Shown here piece after piece: positions 54,771-60,547 of a stretch of 60,547 bases of DNA; positions within the stretch are counted from its first letter, which is position 1, and each line of letters opens with the position of its first letter. Below the pieces are notes generated by a model. It did no database searches. It was not told the DNA's origin and worked only from the letters and a program-made list of their open reading frames with translations. Where the stretch lies: NCBI GenBank assembly GCA_036257195.1, contig DATAFX010000031.1:1-60547 (forward strand). The letters run 5' to 3'. Both the position numbers and the translations under genes were made by a program. This stretch comes from Candidatus Methylomirabilota bacterium. GTDB lineage: Bacteria; Methylomirabilota; Methylomirabilia; Rokubacteriales; DASRDR01.

Positions 54771-57109
54771 GCGAGTCACCGCGTCGGCCGCGGACGGCGG
54801 TTGGCGCGGTCGTGGAGACGCCGGGCGGCGACCGCGGCAGCCGGCCGTTCCGTGTGATCGGCACGCGGGTCGCCAAGCTCGACGCCGTCGAGAAGGTGAC
54901 GGGCACAGTCCAGTACCTGCCGGACCTCGAGGTCCCGGGCATGGTGTGGGGGAAGATCCTCCGCACGCCGGTGCCACACGCCCGCATCGTGCGGATCGAC
55001 ACGAGCCGCGCGGAGGCGCTGCCGGGCGTCCTGGGCGTGGTCACGGGCCGCAACGTCCAGCAGCGCCCGTTCGGCTACGCGAAGGATCACCTGGCCCTGA
55101 AGGGCGACGTCGTCCGCTGCATCCGCGACGAGGTGGCGGCGGTGGCGGCGGAGACCGAGGAGATCGCGGCGGAGGCCTGCCGGCTCATCGACGTCACGTA
55201 CGAGGAGCTGCCCGCGGTCTTCGATCCCGAGGCCGCGCTGCGCCCCGACGCGCCGAGGATCCACGAGCAGTTCCCCGGGAACCTCGTCAACTTCGCCTAC
55301 AAGTTCACCGCCGGCGACGTCGACCGGGCCTTCCGGGAGGCCGACGTGGTCGTCGAGGGCACGTATCGGCTGAACTACGTCACCACGGCGTGCATCGGGA
55401 CGATGGCGGCGCTCGCCCAGTGGGATCCCCGCGGCAACCTCACGATGTGGTCCACGACCCAGATCCCGTTCCTCTACCAGAAGGATCTCGCGGAGGCGCT
55501 CGGGATCTCCGGGGACCGCATTCGCGTGATCCAGCCGCCGGTCGGCGGGAACTTCGGCCGGGGCCTCGACCTCTACCCGATCGACATCATCGCGGCGCTC
55601 CTCGCCCGGCACGTCAGCCGGCCGGTGAAGATCGTGTTCGACCGGGAGGAGGAGTTCATCGCCAGCCCGACCCGCGAGCCGTGCGTCTTCACGCTCCGCA
55701 CGGCGGCGCGGGCCGACGGGACGCTGCTCGCGCGGGATGCCCGGGTCCTCATCGACAACGGCGCGTACGTCTCGTGGGGATCGACGACGCCGTACGTCAT
55801 GATGACGACCCTCGCCGGCTTCTACCGGTGCCCGAACATCCGGTTCGACACGGCCATCGTCTACACCAACAACGTCTACTCGGGCTCCATGCGCGGGTAC
55901 GGCAACCTCGAGTCCACCTTCGCGGTCGAGGCGCAGATGGACGAGATCGCGGAGCGGCTCGGGCTGGACCGCGTCGAGATCCGGCGTCGCAACGCGAACC
56001 GACCGGGCGACGTCACGCCCCAGGGGCTCCGGATCACGAGCTGCGCGCTCGCGGAGTGCTTCGACGCGGTGGCGCGCGACATCCGCCAGCCCCTCGACCG
56101 GCCGCCCCGCCCCGGCTGGACGCGGGGGGTCGGCTATGCCGGGATGTTCCACGTGGGCGGCGGGGCGCGCGTCTACCGATCAGACGGCTGCGGGGCGATC
56201 GTCAAGCTCGACGACTTCGGGAAGGTCACCCTGATCACCGGCGCCAGCGAGATCGGACAGGGGTCGGAGACGGTCCTGGCGATGATCGTGGCCGAGGAGC
56301 TCGGGATCCCGCTCGGGCGGGTCGAGGTCGTGAACGACGACACGGCGGTCAAGCCCTGGGACGTCGGCGTCCACGCCAGCCGGACGACGTTCATCGCGGG
56401 GAACGCCGCGCTCCTCGCCGCGCGGGACGTGAAGCGACAGCTCCTCGCCCTGGGCGCCCAGCAGCTCGACGAGCCCCCCGAGGCCCTCGACATCGAGGAC
56501 GGGTACGTGCACGTGGCGGCCGCGCCCCAGCGCCGGATCGGATACGAGCGCGTCGTCCGGGCGGGACACTTCCGCGAGGGCGGGCGGATCCTGATCGGCC
56601 AGGCGTTCTACGACCCGCCGACCCAGATGCTGGACAAGGACTTCCGGGGCAACGTGTCGGTCACCTACGGCTTCGCCGCCCAGGCTGCGCTGGTCGAGGT
56701 CGAGGAGGCCACCGGCAAGATCGAGGTGCTGCGGGTGGCCTCCGCGCACGACGTGGGGCGGGCCCTGAACCCGGTCGGCTGCGAGGGCCAGATCGAGGGT
56801 GGCATCCACATGGGGCTCGGCTACTGCCTCACCGAGGAGCTCCGGCTCCGGGACGGGCGCGTCCTCAACCCGGGCTTCCTCGACTACAAGCTCCTCACCG
56901 CCCCGGACATGCCCGAGATCCTGATCACGCTGATCGAGACGGTGGACGAGGCCGGGCCCTTCGGCGCCAAGGGGCTCGGCGAGGCGGGCACGATTCCCAT
57001 CTCCGCCGCGGTCGCGAACGCGGTGAAGGACGCGACCGGGGTGCGGATCACCGAGCTGCCCATGACACCCGAGCGGGTGTACCGGGCGCTGCGGCAAAGG
57101 GCCGGGTGA
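54767..57109 (+). CDS. molybdopterin-binding large subunit of a xanthine dehydrogenase / aldehyde oxidase-family enzyme
   Basis: 780 aa from GTG 54767 (GTGA overlap). GKILRTPVPHARIVRID, GGNFGRG, SMRGYGN, GLGEAGTIPISAAVANAV. Confidence 0.9.
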   Translation: MSESPRRPRTAVGAVVETPGGDRGSRPFRVIGTRVAKLDAVEKVTGTVQYLPDLEVPGMVWGKILRTPVPHARIVRIDTSRAEALPGVLGVVTGRNVQQRPFGYAKDHLALKGDVVRCIRDEVAAVAAETEEIAAEACRLIDVTYEELPAVFDPEAALRPDAPRIHEQFPGNLVNFAYKFTAGDVDRAFREADVVVEGTYRLNYVTTACIGTMAALAQWDPRGNLTMWSTTQIPFLYQKDLAEALGISGDRIRVIQPPVGGNFGRGLDLYPIDIIAALLARHVSRPVKIVFDREEEFIASPTREPCVFTLRTAARADGTLLARDARVLIDNGAYVSWGSTTPYVMMTTLAGFYRCPNIRFDTAIVYTNNVYSGSMRGYGNLESTFAVEAQMDEIAERLGLDRVEIRRRNANRPGDVTPQGLRITSCALAECFDAVARDIRQPLDRPPRPGWTRGVGYAGMFHVGGGARVYRSDGCGAIVKLDDFGKVTLITGASEIGQGSETVLAMIVAEELGIPLGRVEVVNDDTAVKPWDVGVHASRTTFIAGNAALLAARDVKRQLLALGAQQLDEPPEALDIEDGYVHVAAAPQRRIGYERVVRAGHFREGGRILIGQAFYDPPTQMLDKDFRGNVSVTYGFAAQAALVEVEEATGKIEVLRVASAHDVGRALNPVGCEGQIEGGIHMGLGYCLTEELRLRDGRVLNPGFLDYKLLTAPDMPEILITLIETVDEAGPFGAKGLGEAGTIPISAAVANAVKDATGVRITELPMTPERVYRALRQRAG

Positions 57110-57370
57110 GCCCCGGCGCTTTCCAGAGGCTCCCGGGCGCTCGGACTGACGATCCCTGATTCCGTCCGGCTCCGAATCGACCAAGTGATCGACTAACGCT
57201 CGACCGGGTGCCCGCGGCGAGCGCAGGTGGATCACGACGCGCCTGGCGTGGAGCGGCGAGCCTCGGAGAGGACGGCGTTCGCCGCGGCTCGGGACCTCCC
57301 GTTGAGCGCTTCCCGACGGCAGCGGTCCCCGCTCCCGCCGTCGCCGACCTCCGGCGCCGCCCCAATCTTT

Positions 57371-57435
57371 TCCGCTCCGAGAATCCGCTCGGAAATCCGC
57401 TCCGGAGCGGATTTGGAGCGGATTAGGAGCGGATT
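57371..57435. repeat. iteron/operator array: AATCCGCTC x2 (plus one partial) followed by inverted GAGCGGATT x3
   Basis: Forward copies at 57382-57390 and 57394-57402, with a partial at 57371-57377. Inverted copies at 57405-57413, 57416-57424 and 57427-57435, exactly 11 nt apart. Perfect 20-bp palindrome at 57394-57413. Confidence 0.7.
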
Positions 57436-57673
57436 CCGAGCGATAGCCACGGCCGAAGAGGAACCTCGCTTGCGACCGTAAGTGGCCAGTTTCACTCACC
57501 ATGTGATCCATCGCCGCGCTTCCGGCCCGCCTGGCACGGCCGTTGCCCCCATCGCCGCCCATGATCGAGCGCGGGCTCCGGCTGGAGGTCCTCGGCAGCG
57601 AGCCACTCCCCCCGGGTGGGACCCGGGCCGTGGGCCGGCGGGTCTCGCGTGCGACGGCCTCGGGATCCACCCG

Positions 57674-59584
57674 GTGAGCCCCGACGGCCTCCGCGAGGCG
57701 CTTCTCGAGGCTGCGCTGCACTACGCGCGGCGGGGCTGGCCCGTGCTGCCGCTCCACAGCGTCCGCGCCGGCCGCTGCTCGTGCCCCCGGGACTGCGGCC
57801 GCCCCGCCGGCAAGCATCCCCGCACCCCGAACGGGGTCATGGACGCGAGCGCCGACGAAGCGGTGATCCGGGCCTGGTGGGAGCGGTGGCCGGACGCGAA
57901 TCTCGGCGTGGCCACCGGACTGGCCAGCGGCCTCTTCGTTCTGGACGTCGACCCGGCCCACGGCGGGGATGAATCGCTCGAGATCCTGGTCGCCCGTCAC
58001 GGGGCCCCGCCCGGAGGGCCGATCTCCCACACCGGCGGCGGGGGGCGGCATCTGCTGTTCGCGCATCCCGGATTCCGCGTGCCTTCGCGGTCCGGCGCGC
58101 TTGGCTCCGGGCTCGATGTGCGGAGCGACGGCGGCTACATCGTCGCGCCGCCGAGCCAGCATCGCTCGGGTCGCCTCTACGAGTGGGAGGCTTCGAGCCA
58201 TCCCGACGAGGTCCCGCTCCCCCAGGCGCCGGCGTGGCTCTTGGCGGGCGGGACCACCTCAGGCGACACGCCGAGGCGCCCTCCGGCCTCGCCGCTCGAC
58301 GACACGATCCCCGAGGGGCGCCGCAACGAGGCGCTCACCTCTCTCGCCGGCACGATGCGGTGGCGCGGGATGACGCAGGAGGAGATCCAGGCGGCGCTGG
58401 CCGCGGTCAACGCGCGACGATGCGCCCCGCCGCTCGCCGAGACGGAGGTAGGCGCGATCGCGGCGAGCGTCGGGCGGTACCCGGCGGCGCCCACCCCCGC
58501 CGCCGATCCGCCGCAGACCGACGGGCCGAGCCCGATCGGCTGGCCCCTCTACGATGCCGCGGACGTCTGGGAGTTTCCCCCGCCCGAGCCACTCGTCGAC
58601 GGGCTGCTGCCTCTCCGTGGCGTCGTCTGGTGGGGCGGGCCGCCGAAGCGGGCCAAGAGCCTGCTGCTCCTCTACCTGTGCCTGGCCATCGCCTGTGGCC
58701 GCCCGACGGTGGCAGGGCGCTTTCAAGTGCGCAGCCGGCCGCGGATTCTCTATGTCGCCCGCGAGGACGGCGGCGGTCGGCTCGAGGAACGAAAAGCGGA
58801 CATCATGGCCCCGTGGGGCGTCAGGCCGCCGGCCAAAGCCTTCCAGTGCCTCATTCGGCCCCGACTCGACCTCGGCAACGCCGCGCAGGTTGGCCAGCTT
58901 CGCGAGACGTGCCTGACCCAAGGGGTGACACTGCTCGTGCTGGACACCTGGACCGCGCTGTCCCTGGGGGCGGACCCGCTCTCGGCGCGGGACCAGGCCC
59001 AGCTGGCCGCGACCGTGGTCGAGCTCAGCGACGCGCTCGGCGGCCTGGTCATCGTCGTTGACCACACCCGGAAGAACCGGCTGGAGGGGCAATCCCTGTC
59101 GTCGGCCGACATCCACGGACCCTACGTCAAATGGGCCGCCGCCGAGCACATCGTGATGCAAGACATCGCGGCTGGCCACCCCCGCCGCTTCGAGGTCTTC
59201 GTCGAGGGGAAGGACCTGGAAGCCAACCGCTTCTTCCTCGATGTGAGTCCCCGCGGCAGCGGAGAGGAGAAGTTTGTCTGTTCCGGGACCGCGGCCGAGC
59301 TGGCCGCGGCCCGGCAGGAGCTCGGCGACGAGAACCGCCGGGCGGTGCTCGAGGTCCTGCAGGCTTCCGCGGATCCCCTCGGCCCCGAGGAGGTGCTTGC
59401 GGGCTTGCGTCGCGGCGGGCGCCCGCTTGGGGGGGCGACCATCCGGCGGCACCTGGCCGCCCTTCTCCGGGCCGGGGCCGTCGAGCGAGCCGGGCACGGC
59501 AACCGGACGGTGTACCTGGCGCGCCGGGGGAGCGATCGCTCTGCCCAGGGGTCATCCGAGCGGCACGACGAACGGAGTCGGTGA
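57674..59584 (+). CDS. bifunctional DNA primase/polymerase (Prim-Pol) - PriCT - RepA/RecA-like ATPase - winged-helix fusion protein
   Basis: YARRGWPVLPL...GKHPRTPNG...LFVLDVDPAHGG...GGGRHLLF...DVRSDGGYIVAPPSQHRSGRLYEW (Prim-Pol). IPEGRRNEALTSLAGTMRWRGM (PriCT). GGPPKRAKSLLLL and LLVLDTW (Walker A-like and B). C-terminal RRAVLEVL...IRRHLAALLRAGAV (wHTH). Start set at GTG 57674; the ORF track starts at 57482. Confidence 0.8.
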   Translation: MSPDGLREALLEAALHYARRGWPVLPLHSVRAGRCSCPRDCGRPAGKHPRTPNGVMDASADEAVIRAWWERWPDANLGVATGLASGLFVLDVDPAHGGDESLEILVARHGAPPGGPISHTGGGGRHLLFAHPGFRVPSRSGALGSGLDVRSDGGYIVAPPSQHRSGRLYEWEASSHPDEVPLPQAPAWLLAGGTTSGDTPRRPPASPLDDTIPEGRRNEALTSLAGTMRWRGMTQEEIQAALAAVNARRCAPPLAETEVGAIAASVGRYPAAPTPAADPPQTDGPSPIGWPLYDAADVWEFPPPEPLVDGLLPLRGVVWWGGPPKRAKSLLLLYLCLAIACGRPTVAGRFQVRSRPRILYVAREDGGGRLEERKADIMAPWGVRPPAKAFQCLIRPRLDLGNAAQVGQLRETCLTQGVTLLVLDTWTALSLGADPLSARDQAQLAATVVELSDALGGLVIVVDHTRKNRLEGQSLSSADIHGPYVKWAAAEHIVMQDIAAGHPRRFEVFVEGKDLEANRFFLDVSPRGSGEEKFVCSGTAAELAAARQELGDENRRAVLEVLQASADPLGPEEVLAGLRRGGRPLGGATIRRHLAALLRAGAVERAGHGNRTVYLARRGSDRSAQGSSERHDERSR

Positions 59585-59611
59585 ATCGCCACGCCAGAGC
59601 AGGCGAAAGTT

Positions 59612-59747
59612 CCGCTCACCCCTCCGTTCGAGCGGAGAGCGGCGCCGGGGAGGGAGGGACCCCGGCGACGAGGGGTCCCCTCCCCGGGAGGGGCCGTGCC
59701 GCTCACCGCTCGTCTCTCTATAAGAGCGAGCGGCGGGGTGAGCGGCA
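59612..59747 (+). other. cluster of long GC-rich hairpins and CCGCTCACC repeats downstream of the replicase gene
   Basis: 12-bp stem with one bulge at 59652-59685. A competing 7-bp hairpin at 59677-59693. A 20-bp two-part stem at 59697-59747 with AT-rich loop CTATA. CCGCTCACC at 59612 and 59699, and its complement at 59737. Confidence 0.4.
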
Positions 59748-59897
59748 GGGCGGCGACTCCTGGGGGGGAAAGGGCCCTTTGGTCGCAGAGACGCGCACCG
59801 GCCGTCTCGTCGAGCGGGGAAAGGTGCGGGGAGGGTGCAATTCGGCTGCGCAGTCTGATCCAACGAGGTGGCTATCGTCGTCCGTGCCGTCGTCGGC

Positions 59898-59903
59898 TAG
59901 ACT
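59898..59903 (+). promoter_or_regulatory. candidate -10 element TAGACT for the downstream binding-protein gene
   Basis: Same hexamer as the other TAGACT sites, but without the TG extension. About 86 nt upstream of ATG 59990. Confidence 0.25.
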
Positions 59904-59989
59904 GATCCGGCGGAGCGCGGATTCGGCAAGACCCTGAGCGATCGACACCTGTCACCGAGGGGGCGGACGACCCCGGGAGGAGACCGACC

Positions 59990-60547
59990 ATGCGAGTGAG
60001 CCGCCGAGTGTTCCTCAGGACCACGGGGGTTGGCGCCGCGACCCTCGCGACGGCCGGTGTTCATCGATCAGCCCACGCTCAGAAGAAGCAGGTGGTGACC
60101 ATCGCCTTCCCGGAGACGGTCACCTCGATGGACCCACATCCAGCCCCGCGCAACAGCCCGCGGGAGTCGATGTACGAGGCGGTGTTCGATCGCTTCCTCC
60201 AGCAGGACCGGCAGGGCAAGTACGGGCCGAACGTCATCGAGAGCTGGCAGTGGACCGACGGCAAGATGGGGATGGCCGTCAAGATCCACCAGGGGATCAA
60301 GTTCCACGACGGGTCGGACCTCACCGCCGAGGACGTCGCCTTCAGCATGAACCGGCTGAAGGAGGTCTCGATCTACAAGGCGACCTACGCGCGGGTCAAG
60401 GAGTACCAGGTCCGCGACAAGGCCACCATGCAGCTCGTCTTCGAGCGGTTCGACCCCTCGTTCCCGCGGTGGCTCGGCTTCCTGGCCGGCTTCGTGGTGC
60501 CCAAAGCCTACTTTCAGTCGCTCGGCCCGGACGACAAGGCGCGCGGC
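59990..60547 (+). CDS. ABC transporter substrate-binding protein, family 5 (peptide/nickel type); 3' end cut by the window edge
   Basis: MRVSRRVFLRTTGVGAATLATAG (Tat-like signal), then VTIAFPETVTSMDPH...IKFHDGSDLTAEDVAFS. GGGAGGAG lies upstream. Absent from the ORF track because it is open-ended. Confidence 0.85.
   Translation, partial: MRVSRRVFLRTTGVGAATLATAGVHRSAHAQKKQVVTIAFPETVTSMDPHPAPRNSPRESMYEAVFDRFLQQDRQGKYGPNVIESWQWTDGKMGMAVKIHQGIKFHDGSDLTAEDVAFSMNRLKEVSIYKATYARVKEYQVRDKATMQLVFERFDPSFPRWLGFLAGFVVPKAYFQSLGPDDKARG

Larger units (their letters stand above)
57110..59897 (+). mobile_element. candidate remnant of an integrated replicon: iteron-type origin plus a single Prim-Pol/RepA-like replicase gene plus structured 3' region; no integrase or clear att sites seen
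   Basis: The segment is wedged between the hydroxylase large-subunit gene and the promoter of the next binding-protein gene. See the component features. Confidence 0.4.

Noticed and set aside
57150-57210. Weak similarity between 57150-57210 and 59895-59950 (shared GACTGA, CAAG and GATCGAC strings), as possible att direct repeats of the Prim-Pol element.
   Set aside because: A hand alignment needs several gaps and matches only short words. This is not distinguishable from chance without a proper alignment.
57371-57435. Possible CRISPR-like array.
   Set aside because: The units are 9-11 bp with no spacers of unique sequence, and they occur in both orientations. This is an iteron/operator layout, not CRISPR.
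57561-57677. 38-codon ORF (MIERGLRLEVLGSEPL...) ending in a GTGA overlap with the Prim-Pol start. It could have been a small excisionase or regulator.
   Set aside because: It has no helix-turn-helix-like pattern, no SD and low-complexity sequence. The overlap may be coincidental.

Overview
Very GC-rich bacterial chromosomal segment (about two-thirds to 70% G+C by eye, not computed). Because of the GC content, almost every real gene carries long antisense or out-of-frame shadow ORFs. I therefore called genes only where the translated protein shows recognisable family motifs, a Shine-Dalgarno sequence or operon-style junctions. I recognised no rRNA, tRNA or CRISPR array.

Most of the window is acyl-CoA and aromatic-acid metabolism:
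- A Liv-type ABC uptake system.
- An aryl-CoA ligase and a fused FAD-monooxygenase/OYE-reductase of the 2-aminobenzoyl-CoA / salicylyl-CoA hydroxylase type.
- Two CaiB-type CoA-transferases, two acyl-CoA dehydrogenases, SDRs and a crotonase.
- A thiolase and a DUF35 protein, a split B12-dependent acyl-CoA mutase, and a three-subunit molybdenum hydroxylase.

Accessory features are interspersed:
1. A translationally coupled ArsS-like radical-SAM module: AhpD-like protein, radical-SAM enzyme, flavoprotein disulfide reductase, TVP38 membrane protein and GT2 transferase. No arsM is present. A SelD-N-terminal-type flavoprotein sits next to it.
2. A SerK/SbnI-like ParB-fold protein coupled to a stand-alone TrpB2.
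3. A 2.3-kb two-gene insertion bracketed by about 177-bp direct repeats that duplicate the promoter and 5' end of an S9 peptidase gene.
4. Three toxin-antitoxin cassettes. One is broken by insertion of another.
5. A binding-protein gene with hidden compensating frameshifts.
6. A solitary Prim-Pol/PriCT/RepA-like/wHTH replicase gene preceded by a helically phased iteron array and followed by unusually long hairpins. It looks like a minimal integrated replicon remnant.

A TGnTA(G/T/C)ACT extended -10 motif recurs in front of several genes, in two cases at leaderless distance.

All family assignments come from reading motifs, not from database searches.
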